64,000 nucleotides of DNA from Pristiophorus japonicus (lineage: Eukaryota): positions 272,428,001 through 272,492,000 of the forward strand of contig NC_091978.1 in assembly GCF_044704955.1 (NCBI RefSeq), in the 5' to 3' direction. The notes beneath the pieces are model-generated. The model made no database searches. It had not been told where the DNA came from and saw only the letters and a program-made list of their open reading frames with translations. Positions within the stretch are counted from its first letter, which is position 1, and the number at the start of each line of letters is the position of its first letter. The position numbers and the translations under genes are program-made. This document shows, piece after piece, positions 24,800 to 37,866 of the stretch.

Positions 24800-27516
24800 C
24801 ATTCATTCCCCCCCCCACCCCACCCTCACACACAGACCATGAGGGTGTCACTGTTGGAGTATTCCTCAGTGGTGGAGCCAGTGCAATGGGTAAGGTACAT
24901 ACACTGTAGAGTGGGTAAGTGGTAGTGTTTGGTGGTGGGCAGGGCCACAGGGCTGTGTGGGCTCCTTGTCCTCCATTGGTAGTGGAAGTCTGGTCATCCC
25001 AGAAAAGCTGGAGGGTACTGGCCTCTCGCTCCCCGTGTTGGCCCTGGTGGCCAGGGGGTGTAGGGCTGATCTGGGGCAGGTTGCCAGTAGTGGTGGCTGT
25101 GCTGCCCATTGACCACTGTCCCTGCAGTGTGTCTGCTCCCACTGGGTGTGTGTGTGTGAGCCCTTCCTGGGGTATCACATTTGTCCCAAAAGCCCAGACT
25201 ACATGGTCAGGTAGCTCGCTGGACCTGGGGGTTTCCCACGGGGGGAGACCTCTGGCATTTACATTGTACCTGTAGCAGCCGGTGTCCTTTAACAGTCTAC
25301 TTTCTGCATACATGACACATTGGCTCTGATCACAGATAGTCGATTCTACACAGTTATCTCTCTTTACATTATCACTTTTAGCACTTGCAACACTTTGTTG
25401 TGTATCGGTGTCTCCATACAGGGTTACATTTGTCATATTAAAATTTCTAGCATCATCATTTAACAGTACAAACGTGTTGCGAACATCACTTTCACAAGCA
25501 TTCATTACATTTTTCTCATTAGTTAATCCGGCATCACAATTCAACGTTACATTTGCATACCTGCATTCGCTTACTGCACTTTTTAACTTTAAAGTCCTTG
25601 GCATCGCTATGCCTAGAGTGAAACTGTTCCCTTAATTTCTTTGGGTTACTGGTCTCCTTTAAGGGGGCCTTCCAATCCGGTTCGCCGCTCGGTGCCACGT
25701 GTCACTTCTTCAACACTGCTGCTCATGGTCTGGTTGCGGCCATTTTGATTTTAGGTTCTTCGCCTCGTGGTGCGACTGCCATCTTCTCGCTCTTCTCGAG
25801 GTAGGCTGTGGTGATCTTTTTCTTCTCAGGTTCGGCCACAGACATCGGTAATCCACCTTTTCCACCGATCTTCTTCCCTCGGAGTCCTGCCACGGCCCGG
25901 AAGATGAGGTCTGGACGTTCGAGTTGGGTGATCTCGCCACGGTGTTGTGCAGTTGTCGCCCCGCAGTCGAGCTGGACGGTAGGATTTCTAGGTGCTGCAA
26001 TGGATCCAAGTTCAGGGCTGCGTGGGATGTCGATCGCTGGGGCCCGGAGCCATCATCGCTTCGACCGAATTGGACCTGCTTCATCCAACTTCTTCCCAGC
26101 AGCATTGGACCATCGCCGGCAACAATCCACAAGTGGAGCTTATTCATTGCGCCACCCTGGGAGACCTGGATGTCCACGCTGCCAACAACCGGGATGGTGC
26201 CTTTGGTGTAGGTGAGCAGCTTTGCCTGAATAGGAGACAGCTTTGGTCATTCGGCGGGAGTGTTCCAAAGTTTTTCGAAGTCATCTGGCTCATTAAAGAC
26301 TGGCTTGCCCCGTGTCGATTTCCATCGAAACTGGAACTCCGTTGATGTCCACTTCCATCTTCCACGTGGAACTCTCGGTGGAGCAGGTATAAATTCTGGG
26401 GTTGAGCAGCTTCGTCTTCATCAGTGTTGGAGCCCAGGTGATCAACCAACTCTTCAGCGACGCAATGAGTAAAGTTTTTTCTGCACATTCTCTGAAGGTG
26501 ACCTTTCGCGTTGCAGCCTTTGCAGGTATAGTCTTTGTAGCGGCACTGGTGGGCCCTGTGGTTTCGTCCACAGCACCAGCACGGGGCTAGCCGGTTGGCC
26601 CTATGTGGCGGACTCAGGGTTGCGGGACTCGGGGCAGCATTTCTGCCTTTGAAAGTCGCCGTTCTGTCCACTGCACTCGTCGGTTTAAAGTCCTGGGTAT
26701 GGGTCATCATTCATTCGCAGACCGAAATCATGAAGGCCTGGCTCACTTTGATTGCCTTCTGCAGGGTGACTGTGATGTCCGCAGAGAGCAGTTTGTGGAG
26801 GAGGCCCTCATGGCCAATCCTAGGAACAATAATGTCCCTTCGTGCTTCTGTGAGGTGATTGCCAAAATCACACGGTGCAGCCAACCTTCTTAAATCTGCA
26901 GCATACTTAGCAATTTCTTGGCCTTCGGGGCGCTGGTGAGTGTAAAACCGGTGCCTGGCTGTGAGGATGCTTTCTTTGGGATTCAGTTGCTCTTGTATTA
27001 AGGCTACGAGCTCCCCATAGCTCTTGGTTGTTGTCTTTGCTGGGGCTAGCAGGTCCCTGACGAGGCCGTGGATAGTGGGCCCACAACTACTAAGCAGGAT
27101 GACCCTGCGCTTGTTTGCCAGTGTGGCCCCATCCAGGTCGTTGGTGATGAAGAAGTGTTCTAACCTTTCCACAAAGGCGTCCCAATCTTCCCCATCGGTG
27201 AATTGTTGTAAGTTGCTGAGATTAGACATGTCGTGCGCGGAATTCGTGATCTCGTCACCAATTATTGTGTATGTAGGCACTCTGTTAATGACCCCACGAG
27301 GCAGGGGTATGGCACTTGAACTGTACAGACTGTAGTCCTTTATTGTAGCTCCTAGAGTGAGGACACCAAGAGGTGAACTCCCTTTTATACTGGGTTACCT
27401 GCAGTGTACAGGTGACCCTTGGGTCTCCAGCAGCAACATCCTCTGGTGTACAGTTAAGGTATATATAGGTCTAGTGTTACAGTACATCATTACATCATTG
27501 GCGTGCATACATAACA
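24800..27516 (-). mobile_element. Gypsy-derived LTR element with gag and protease but no RT/RNase H/integrase; 3' LTR missing
   Basis: 5' LTR 27263-27516; PBS TGGTGACGAGAT; gag (DWDAFVERLEHFF; CWCCGRNHRAHQC..CKGCNAKGHLQRMC); protease EIDTG..GPMLLGRSW; PPT-like G tract at ~24807-24823. Confidence 0.85.
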
Positions 27517-27530
27517 CTCTTAAACATGAC

Positions 27531-28284
27531 GGGGCTGAAATTGCGGTCGGAAGCTTCCCACGGGCAATTGCCTCCGATCTAAAACATTTCTACAAAATTA
27601 CCTGGTGGTCCGGGAGGAGCCTGCGATTCTGTTGGGGAGGCCTTCTCTTCCCGCGCTGCGAAGCGCGCTCCCGTCCTCCAGGTTCCTCGCAGAAGATACA
27701 GTCACGTGTGACTGCTCAGCCAATCAGGTACTGTATTGCACAGCTTTCCCATTAATGACAATGAGAACTCCGTATCTACGAGTTCACATTGCTATTAATG
27801 GGAAAAAAAAACATACACACTAATAAAAAATAAAAAACAGACCTCACATAATTAAAATTAATTGAAATTAAAGTTAATAAATGCCTTAGAAAAAAACAAT
27901 ATTTTTCCAATTTTTTTAAAGTTTTGTAATTCGGGTTATAAATGAACTTACCTTAGTGGGCAGAGTTTTTAACAATAAAATGTGTTTATTTAATTTAATT
28001 TTATTATATTTGTATATGTTTTTAAACACTTATGCCTGTAAAAGTAGGCTATGCGCTGGCTTTTTCAGGCGCAAGAATTTTGAGGACATTTGCTGGGCAA
28101 GATATGGGTAAATACTGCAATCTTGCCCAAGTAAATGTCCTCGCTCCGAGATGCTCCAGCTCGACAGATCGGAAAAGCCGGTTTTCAGCGCATGCGCATT
28201 GTGCGCTGAAAACTGGCTTTTCCGATATCTTCCGGGGTCCGTAGAAACTTCATACAGACCCGGGGAGGCTGGTATTTCTGACCT
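27531..28284. mobile_element. Harbinger MITE (family of 20701-21401, opposite orientation)
   Basis: ggggctgaaatt left TIR, degenerate right TIR, internal homology to 20701-21401. Confidence 0.8.
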
Positions 28285-28334
28285 GAAACATCAGTAACAG
28301 TCTTTATCAAGGAGCAGTCCAGGTTCAGCTGTCT

Positions 28335-28580
28335 GGGGGCGAAATTCGGTAACGCCCCATTTGCGTCCTGTTAGTGCCCCGGAGAGGAAGTGGAGCGTGT
28401 TTTTTTCCTCTCCACTTCCTCTCGGGGGCAGTGACACCAATTTCACGAGCGGGGCAGGACTTCCGCGCCTGGCACAGGAAGTCCCACACCCAAACGGAGC
28501 ACTACGCAATTTCCCAATCATAGAGTTATGGTGGCTCTGCACTTAGCCGACCACTCCCACTGCGCCTCTCTGTAGGGAAT
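28335..28580. mobile_element. Harbinger-type left terminal arm (candidate Pack element left end)
   Basis: TIR gggggcgaaattcggtaacgccc; internal hairpins; no partner TIR nearby. Confidence 0.65.
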
Positions 28581-28626
28581 TTGACTCAACTTCAATTGGA
28601 TACAACGATACTTTATTTAAGACTTA

Positions 28627-29710
28627 AACATAGAAACATAGAAAATAGGTGCAGGAGTAGGCCATTTGGCCCTTCGAGCCTGCACCACCATTCAATAAGA
28701 TCATGGCTGATCATTCCCTCAGTACCCCTTTCCTGCTTTCTCTCCATACCCCTTGATCCCCTAAGCCGTAAGGGCCATATCTAACTCCCTCTTGAATATA
28801 TCCAATGAACTGGCATCAACAACTCTCTGCAGTAAGGAATTCCACAGGTTAACAACTCTCCGAGTGAAGAAGTTTCTCCTCATCTCAGTCTTAAATGGCC
28901 TACCCCTTATCCTAAGACTGTGTCCCCCTGGTTCTGGCCTTCCCCAACATCGGGGACATTCTTCCCGCATCTAACCTGTCCAGTCCAATTCAGAATTTTA
29001 TATGTTCTATGAGATCCCCTCTCATCGTTCTAAACTCCAGTGAATAAAGGCCCAGTTGATCTAGTCTCTCCTCATATGACAGTCCAGCCATCCATGGAAT
29101 CAGTCTGGTGAACCTTCGCTGCATTCCCTCAATTGCAAGAACATCCTTCCTCATGTTAGGAGACCAAAACTGAACACTATATTCCAGTGAAGCCTCACTA
29201 AGGCCCTGTACAACTGCAGTAAGACCTCCCTGCTCCTATACTCAAATCCCCTAGCTATGAAGGCCAACATACCATTTGCCTTCTTCACCGCCTGCTGTAC
29301 CTGCATGCCAACTTTCAATGACTGATGAACCATGACACCCAGGTCTCGTTGAACCTCCCCTTTTCATAATTGCCGCCATTCAGATAACATTCTGCCTTCG
29401 TGTTTTTTCCTCCAAAATGGATAACCTCACATTTATCCACATTATACTGCATCTGCCATGCATTTGCCCACTCACCTAACCTGTCCAAGTCACCCTGCAG
29501 CCTCTTAGCATCCTCCTCACAGTTCACACTGCCACCCAGCTTAGTGTCATCTGCAAACTTGGAGATATTACATTCAATTCCTTCGTCCAGATCATTAGTG
29601 TATATTGTAAAGAGCTGGGATCCCAGCACTGAGCCCTGCGGCACTCCACTAATCACTGCCTGCCATTCTGAAAAGGACCCATTTATCCCGACTCTCTGCT
29701 TCCTGTCTGA
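28627..29710 (-). mobile_element. CR1 LINE, 5'-truncated
   Basis: [18 protein letters not shown] motifs; tail catagaaacatagaaa at the left end. Confidence 0.95.
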
Positions 29711-29947
29711 CTTGTAAAACTTAGCACATTACAGTACATGAATGATAATTGACAGAACCAAGCAGAAAGTATATCACCAGCTCTGTCCTGGATAGAAGTG
29801 TGCCTCTTACTTGGTAGCTATGTCCCCTTTCTCGTGGATGTTTGCAATCGCTCCTCATCTCAGGATTCTTCTACACTAAGCAGCCTTAAGCGCTTATCCT
29901 TTACTCACCAGAAAACAGAACTGCACATAGCCTCATCCTTTGAGTAG

Positions 29948-30049
<102 letters not shown>

Positions 30050-30159
30050 TGAAGAAACTTCACACAAAATAGTTGTCAAACTGGAAACAAGGAAACACTG
30101 ACTCAAGTTTTTAACATAGCAGTGATTGGCCAGGAGAACAGGAGCTGTCGTTTCCACGA

Positions 30160-30726
30160 GACTGTGTTAAGGCATTGCGCTCTGTTGATACTCATGGAGT
30201 AACTACTCCAATGCTCTCCTGGGCAGTCTCCCATTTTTCCACCCTCCATAAACTTGAACTCATCCAAAACTCTGCAGCCCATCTGGTCCCGTTCACCCAT
30301 CATTCCATCTGCTCGCTGACCTACATTGGCTCCCAGTCTGGCACGCCTCAATTTTAAAATTCTCATCTTCATTTTCGAATCCCTACATGGCCTCACCCCT
30401 CCCTAGCGCTGTAACCTCTTCCAGCCATACAGCTCTTGGAGATCTCTGGAATTTTAGCCTTCCTACATATCCATGATTTTAATGACTCACCATTGTTGGC
30501 CGTGCTTCAGCTGCCTAGGCACTCCGCACAGGAATTCCCTCCCTAAACCTCTCTGCCTCTCTACCTGTCTCTCTTACTTTTAAGATGCACCTTAAAGCCT
30601 ACCTCTCATCTGTTCTAATATCTCCTTATGTGACTCGGTGTCAAATTTTGTTTGATAATTGCTCCTGTGAAGCGCCTTGGGGCGTTTTACTACATTAAAG
30701 GCTTTGTATAAATGCAAGTTGTTGTT
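30160..30726 (+). mobile_element. L2 LINE 3' end inside the TRMT10A intron
   Basis: KLELIQNSAA motif; tail tgtgaagcgccttggg..ataaatgcaagttgttgtt. Confidence 0.8.
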
Positions 30727-30774
30727 AAATTACTAATGGCAATGACATGCTTTATTGTAATTTGACTCTGTTAA

Positions 30775-30924
30775 GGAATCACTGTTACCTCCAAGCACTT
30801 CAGCAAAGCAATGAAGAAGGAAGGCCTGGTTTATTTCAACTCTGATTCTCCTAATGTGCTGAATGAGCTGGATGCAACAAAAGCTTACATCATAAGTGGC
30901 TTGGTGGACCATAATCACCACGAG
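30775..30924 (+). pseudogene. TRMT10A: TRMT10A next exon (150 bp), pseudogene fragment
   Basis: GITVTSKHFSKAMKKEGLVYFNSDSPNVLNELDATKAYIISGLVDHNHHE|gt, versus conserved YLTSDSPN..AYVIGGLVDHNHHK; the in-frame acceptor reads AA instead of AG. Confidence 0.88.
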
Positions 30925-30956
30925 GTACTCTGCGCATCTTCCACACTAAAACTATT

Positions 30957-32040
30957 GGGCTCAACTTTCCCCAATTATTTGCGCCGTTTTTTTGGCATGC
31001 ACCGTTTTTTTTTTGAGTAAATTAAAATCTCCAAGTTTCCCCAAACTTTCTACGCTAGCGTAATTCACTGTTTATTTTAGCTAGTGTAAATAAGCCAGTT
31101 TATTTTAGACTACGATTTTTTTATCTCATTGAGGGCATAACCTGCCACCTGCGCCAATTCTTGCTATTTATGTAAGTTTGGCGAACTACGATTTTTCTTG
31201 AGATGGCGTATGTATCCGTTCTGAAAAACCTTCTGGGCAGTTAACAAAATCAGGGCAGGTAAGAGAATCCTCACAGAAGATCCAGTTTCATGGCCGGGAC
31301 AGCAGCGGCAGGGAGGGCGAATGAGTGGGTAATTAATACCTCTTTTATTTACAGGTTCTGTACTACAACTCCATTACCGTAACAGTCTCCTTTTTGTCTT
31401 TAATCTCAAATTCACTTTAATCTGGGGCTTTTGGTCTGGTCTGTCCACCCTTTCGGCTTGGGCTAGGAGCGGTACCGGCTCCGGTGGAGAGGAAGGCCTT
31501 TCGGCCTGGGATAGGAGCGGCCCCGGCTCTGGAGGGGAGGGAGGTCTCCTGGCCTGGGCTAGGAGTGGAACCGGCTCCGGGGGAGAGGAAGGCCTTTCGG
31601 CTTAGGCTAGGAGCAGCACCGGCTCCTGGAGGGAGAGAGGCCTTTCGGCCTGGGCTAGAAGTGGCATCGGGTAGCAGCAGGGGTGGGAGGGGAGGGGTCT
31701 TTCCAATTCAGTTTACAGGATAGCCTTTTGGCACAAAGACGCCTTAATATTTTCATGTTGGTAAGCTGCAAGGTGCTTGTGTAGGTTGCTGGGAGTTGGC
31801 CAGAATGTCTTGTATGTTTCACTTTCCAGCCTCAGCCCACAATGTGTCCCTCGTTACCGTGGCAACCCGATCTTTTTGGCGCACATCTTAGGTTCCACCC
31901 ACAGAGCTTAAGGACAATGTGCGCCGGGCCACAATTATAAGTTAAAACGGGGAAACTTTCAACTAGTTTTTTTGGCGTAGTCGGGTCCCCGAAAAATGGG
32001 TGTAACTCTTCAAATACGCAAAAAAACAGCATTAGGGAAA
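30957..32040 (-). mobile_element. Non-autonomous derivative of the Harbinger family at 51638-56556
   Basis: TIR gggctcaactttcccc; 31830-31930 is the reverse-complement homolog of ~51760-51865; right TIR truncated. Confidence 0.8.
31451..31670. repeat. 48-bp minisatellite (~4.6 copies) inside the Harbinger derivative
   Basis: Unit tttcggcctgggctaggagcggcaccggctccgg..gagaggaaggcc at 31451, 31499, 31547, 31595, 31643. Confidence 0.9.
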
Positions 32041-32099
32041 AGAAACACGGTATCTTGCTCACCATTTCACATTTTTTAATCAACAGCAGATTAGAAAAC

Positions 32100-33547
32100 T
32101 GCAAATATAACGCCTCTATTTAAAAAAGGAGGCAGACAAGAAGCAGGAAACTATAGACCAGTTAGCCTAACATCTGTAGTTGGGAAAATGTTAGAGTCCA
32201 TTATTAAAAAAGCAGTAGCAGGACATTTGGATAAGCAAAATTTGGTCAGGCAGAGTCAGCATGGATTTATGAAGGAGAAGTCATGTTTGACAAATTTGCT
32301 GGAGTTCTTTGAGGATGTAACGAATAGGGTGGATAAAGGGGAACCAGTGGATGTGGTGCATTTGGACTTCCAGAAGGCATTTGACAAGGTGCCACATAAA
32401 AAGGTTACTGCACAAGATAAAAGGTCACGGGGTTGGGGGTAATATATTAGCATGGATAGAGGATTGGCTAACTAACAGAGAACAGAGAGTTGTGATAAAT
32501 GGTTTATTCTCTGGTTGGCAACCAGTAACTAATGGGGTGCCGCAGGGATCAGTGCTGGGACCCCAACTATTTACAATCTACATTAATGACTTGGAAGAAG
32601 GGACTGAGTGTAACGTAGCCAAGTTTGCTGACAATACAAAGATGGGAGGAAAAGCAATGTGTGAGGAGGACATAAAAAATCTGCAAAAGGACATAGACAG
32701 ACTAAGTGAGTGGGCAAAAATTTGGCAGATGGAGTATAATGTTGGAAAGTGTGAGGTCATGTACTTCGGCAGAAAAAAATCAAAGAGCAAGTTATTATTT
32801 AAATGGAGAAAGATTGCAAAGTGCCGCAGTACAGCGGGACCTGGGGGTACTTGTGCATGAAACACAAAAGGATAGTACACAGGTACAGCAAGTGATCAGG
32901 AAGGCCAATGGTAACTTGGCCATTATTGCAAAGGGGATGGAGTATAAAAGCAGGGAAGTCTTGCTACAGCTATACAAGGTATTGGTGAGGCCACACCTGG
33001 AATACTGCATGCAGTTTTGGTTTCCATATTTACGAAAGGATATACTTGCTTTGGGGGCAGTTCAGAGAAGGTTCACTAGGTTGATTTTGGGGAATGTGGG
33101 GTTGACTTATGAGGAAAGGTTGAATAGGTTGGGCCTCTACTCATTGGAAGTCAGGTGATCTTATCGAAACGTATAAGATTATGAGGGGGCTTGGCAAGGT
33201 GGATGCAGAGAGGATGTTTCCACTGATGGGGGAGACTAGAATTAGAGGGCATGCCTTAGAATAAGGGGCCGCCCATTTAAAACAGAGATGAGGAGAAATC
33301 TCTTCTCTCAGAGGGTTGTAAATCTGTGGAATTCACTGCCTCAGAGAGATGTGGAAGCTGGGACATTGAATACATTTAAGACAGAAATAGACAGTTTCTT
33401 AAAAGATAGGGGGATAAGGGGTTATGGGGAGCGGGCGGGGAAATGGAGCTGAGTCCATGATCAGATCAGTCATGATCTTATTGAATGGCGGAGCAGGCTC
33501 GAGGGGCCGTATGGCCTACGCCTGTTCCTATTTCTTATGTTCTTATA
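32100..33547 (+). mobile_element. CR1 LINE (second subfamily, TTCTTATG tail)
   Basis: RT motifs [24 protein letters not shown]; tail ttcttatgttcttat. Confidence 0.95.
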
Positions 33548-33609
33548 AGCTTGGGAGCAAAAATATCCTTGACATGAAAGTATCGCTACAAATTTTCTTC
33601 CAAAAAAAC

Positions 33610-33840
33610 AAATAGAGGCATAGAGTATAAAAACAAGGACAATATGCTAAATCTTTATAAATCACTATCTAGGCCTCAGCTAGAGTATTGCGTTCAATTC
33701 TGGAAAGATGCTAAGGCCTTGGAGCGGGTGCAGAGGAGACTTATGGTACCAGAGATGTGGGACTTAAGTTATGTGGAAAGATTAGAGAAGCTGGAATTGT
33801 TCTTCTTGGAGCAGAGAAGGTTAAGAGAAGATTTAATAGC
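33610..33840 (+). mobile_element. Old CR1 fragment
   Basis: LYKSLSRPQLEYCVQFW..LEQRRLREDLI. Confidence 0.8.
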
Positions 33841-34399
33841 GGCATCCAAAATCACGTTCTTCCAACCCCGTGGTGCGTGCAAATTCGGTGCATGTGTTAC
33901 AAGAGACATCGTTGGGTGGACGAAATCCAGAAGTGATGACACTGTCACTATTCACTTCACACCCAATAAACCTGTAAACAATCCGCACACAATACCCCAT
34001 CTATGGGGACGGGGGTAAGGTCATGCACTTGCACTGGGTTAAGGGACTTCGGCTGGGGCAGGGATGCATCCGTGCTGGGTTAAGGGACTTTGGCTGGAAC
34101 TTGGTGGCTTTTGGGGAGATCTATCTTCTGTGGCTTCTGAAGTCAAAATGGATCAAATTACAAATTGGAAAGTCAGTCAGAATTTGGGCTGGGCGGTTCC
34201 AATTACAAGTTTCAGGGTGTGGCTTATCCTCTAAGGGACCAATCAGCAATAGGCCAAGTTATATTGGAGAGCCAGTCACAGACAAGGCAGCCATTTTGGC
34301 AGAACAAATAGACGCATCCGTAGGCGGACTGTGGGGTTGCCTATATAATGCGAGCTCCGAGCAAAGTTTCCTTCAATCTGTGCCGGATGGAACGAGACA

Positions 34400-34776
34400 A
34401 TGCCTGACGAAAAGAAAACAGTTACCGCCAAGAAAGGCGCCAAGAAAGTAATCAAGAAAACACCACCGAAGGGTAGCAAGAAGCGCAGAAAGTCGAGGAA
34501 GGAGAGTTACTCCATCTACATGTACAAAGTGATGAAGCAGGTTCACCCTGACACCGGCATCTCCCCCAAGGCCATGGGCATCATGAACTTGTTTGTGAAC
34601 GATATTTTCGAGCGCATCGCAGGTGAGGTTTCCTGCTTGGCCCATTACAACAAGCGCACACCATCAGCTCCAGGGAGATCCAGACCGCCGTGCGCCTGCT
34701 GCTGCCCGGGGAGCTAGCCTAACGCACCATGTCAGAAGGGATAAAGGCGGTGACCAAATACACCAGCTTCAAGTAA
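34400..34776 (+). pseudogene. H2B: Replication-dependent histone H2B pseudogene
   Basis: [28 protein letters not shown]; 1-nt deletion at ~34658; damaged stem-loop at 34803-34818; AAAGAGCTG downstream element; CCAAT and TATA (ctatataa) upstream. Confidence 0.93.
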
Positions 34777-35807
34777 AATTCCACGCGGTCCTGAAAGAAC
34801 AAACCTCTTTTAAGAGCCACCCACAACCCCTCTAAAAGAGCTGCACAAACACATCACCCTTTAGACTCAAATCACTGTAATTATTTCCTGAACAAGTGTG
34901 TTTGAGAAGCTTTGCAGTCCCAGCTGTAGATTTAGTTTTGAATTCTCAGATAAGCAGCTTTGCTATCTGGTTCGACCTTAGCTTCGCTATTGAATTTCCT
35001 GCCCAGTAAACTACAAACATGGTCCTTGGATGCTCTTTTCCCTTTACTCTCAGAACCGTTCATTTACAGTGCCTGCCGAATTAAGAGCTTGTTTAGGGGG
35101 TGAGACTCAGATTTTAGTCACACATTCTCTCTCAAGCCCTTTTCATGTTTTTAAAAATTCCAGTTGCAGGTCAATCCGTTTTTTAACCTGAGACACCCCG
35201 CAGTGTAACAACCTAGAAGGAAGTTCTTACAGAGACCAGAACGGGGGTAATTTGAACACTCTGTCCCTCTTCTCTTTTCACAGAAGGACTCCCAGTTTTG
35301 GTCTCACTCCTGCCTGTGCGGAGGATCGATCGATAATATATGAAACCTCACTTTTACAAAGATTTAGCTGCAATGTGTCCTGTTACAGAATCAGTGGGGA
35401 TTGATTCCCGCCCGTTACAGACAGTTTGAAATAGAAGCTGAATTTAATCCCAATTGTAAGAGCCTCCCATTTGCAAGGGAAATATGCCATAAGACAAAAG
35501 GAAATAAAACCTCTTTGTAAACCTTTGGCTAATGGTAAATTTATTAACATAATCTGCTCTTTTAAAAATTATTGGCGGGGTTTTTGAAATTAAAAGTCGT
35601 CAGAGGTCTGACTATTGAGGACAATAATTTCCACCTTCGTTCCATTGGTGGGCTAAACAGACTGTGATTGGTAATCAGAAAAGACCAATGAAAATCACCA
35701 CAGACCGACCAATCACAAGTTCGCTCCCTGCATTCCTCCAGAAGGTATAAGAAAGGCAGATGTGGGAGGAGTTTCTCATTCTTTCTTTGAACGTAAGGAT
35801 TGTGGAA

Positions 35808-36193
35808 ATGTCTGGAAGAGGAAAAAGTGGTGGTAAAGCTCAGGCCAAGGCCAAGTCTCGTTTCTCCCGGGTCAGACTACAGTTCCATGTAGGCCGTGTT
35901 CACAGGCTCCTGCGAAAGGGCAACTACGCTTAGCATATGGGTGCCGGAGCTCCGGTCTACATGACTGCTATGCTCGAATGTCTGACCGCTGAAATCCTGG
36001 AGCTGGCCGGCAATGCGGCCCACGACAACAAGAAGACCCGCATCATCACCAGACACCTGCAGCTGGCCATCCGCAATAACGAGGAGCTCAACAAGCTGCT
36101 GGGCGAGGCGACCATCGCTCAGGCCGGGTCGTGCCTAATATCCAGGCTCTGCTGCTGCCCAAGAAAACCACCAGTGCGTTCAAGAGCAAGTAA
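35808..36193 (+). pseudogene. H2A: Replication-dependent histone H2A pseudogene
   Basis: [32 protein letters not shown] (TAG at 35931); later frameshift at ~36130; stem-loop GGCTCTTTTCAGAGCC at 36224-36239; CCAAT boxes and TATAA upstream. Confidence 0.95.
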
Positions 36194-36626
36194 AGCGGAC
36201 AAGATTTAATCTAATAACCCAGAGGCTCTTTTCAGAGCCACCCACAATATCTATGAAAGGGCTGCTTACTGTTCTATGGATCACAATTATCCCACATCTA
36301 ATTTAACATAAAATCTCTGCAATTAAGCTGGGAGTTTTCTGATCAGAAATGAGCCTCAGACAATCTCAGTTATAAACATGTCGAATATGTAGAAATCCAG
36401 ATGGCCAAACACTGCAGTGGATATTCAGATTAGTGACTCAATATAGAGAGGGACAGGCTTTGGAGAAAAACAAAACAGAGAGAATCTGAATGTGAGATGG
36501 GCTGTCATTTGAACACGTTGTTAGGAGAGCCGAATATGAACGGATGTTAAGAACCGAGTATAAAGGGAATGAGTGGTTGATGGGCTCACCGTCTCTCATT
36601 GGAGCAATAATTCCGTCGGGAGAAGT

Positions 36627-37314
36627 CATCATAGGCAGTCCTTCAGAATTGAGGATGATTTGCTTCCACTCTAAAAGTGAGTTCTCAGGTGACTGAAGAG
36701 TCCAATGCGGGACCGACAGTCTCTTGTCACAGGTGGGGCAGACAATGGTTGAAGGAAATGGTGGTCGGGGAGCCTGGGTTGACGCACGCTCCTTCCGCTG
36801 TCTACTCTTGGTTTCTGCTTGTTCTCGGCGGTCGGACTCAAGCTGCTCAGCGCCCTCCTGGATGCTCTTCCTCCACTTTGGGCGATCGTGGGCCAGGAAT
36901 TCCCAGGAGTCGGTGGAGATGCTGCACTTTATCACGGAGGCTTTGAGGGTGTCCATCTGGGGTTCGCTTGCCATGTCGAAGCTCCGCATAGAGCGCTTGC
37001 TTTGGGAGTTTCGTGTCGGGCATGCAGACAATGTGGCCCGCCCAACGGAGCTGATCATGCATGGTCAATGCTTTGATGCTGGGGATGTTGGCCTGAGCGA
37101 GGACACTGACCTTAGTGCGTCCAACCTAACAATGGATTTGCAGGATCTTGCGGAAGCAGCGCTGGTGGTACTTCTCCAGCGTTTTGAGGTGACTGTTGTA
37201 TATCGTCCACATCTCTGAGCCATATAGGAGAGCGGGTATCACTCCTGCCCTGTAGACCATAAGCTTAGTGCTGGATTTGAAGCCTTGGTCTTCAAACACT
37301 CTCTTCCTCAGGCA
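36627..37314 (-). mobile_element. RTE LINE, 5'-truncated, inserted between H2A and H3
   Basis: LLYGSEMW, QLRWAGHI, CPTCD motifs; tail ggactgcctatgatg; GGAGAAGT on both flanks (36619-36626, 37321-37328). Confidence 0.9.
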
Positions 37315-37866
37315 CCAAGTGGAGAAGTATATACATCCTGAATACTGATCCATATAGACTTTTACGCTTTTATTCTGCATACAAGATGGAACCAGAATTA
37401 CAGATCTGGATAATTTAAAATATTCCAAATACTAACTTAAGTTCCCACCTGTCCCCACATTAAAAGAGTTGGTTTTAAAGGCAAAATTCAGTCTTCAGAC
37501 ATCTCGTTCACTCTCTTTCTCTCTCTCTCTCAAATCTATCCCATTATGTGGAGTGGGATCAATTTACTATCAAATCTCTCACTTATAGATTCCGACCCAC
37601 AAGGGACAGGTGCAGTCAATGGGCATCTCACTAACATTTAAACCTCAATCATACCCGCAGATATTCAATGCCTGCACTTTATAAACCCCCAGTTACTCAG
37701 AACTAAGAACTCAGAAATCAACAGTAACACTACAAGACCTGCATGGTGTGTGCACAGTACAGTTTGCCTGGCGCCGGTCGCAGCTCTTTCCTTTGCTGAT
37801 TTGGTGGCTTTGAAAAGAGCCACTGTTGCACTTGGTGCTAAAGCTTCGACCCCGGGCAGGGGGAGT

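Noticed and set aside
31451-31670. Regularly spaced repeats as a CRISPR array
   Set aside because: Contiguous tandem units without unique spacers, no cas genes, eukaryotic transposon context.
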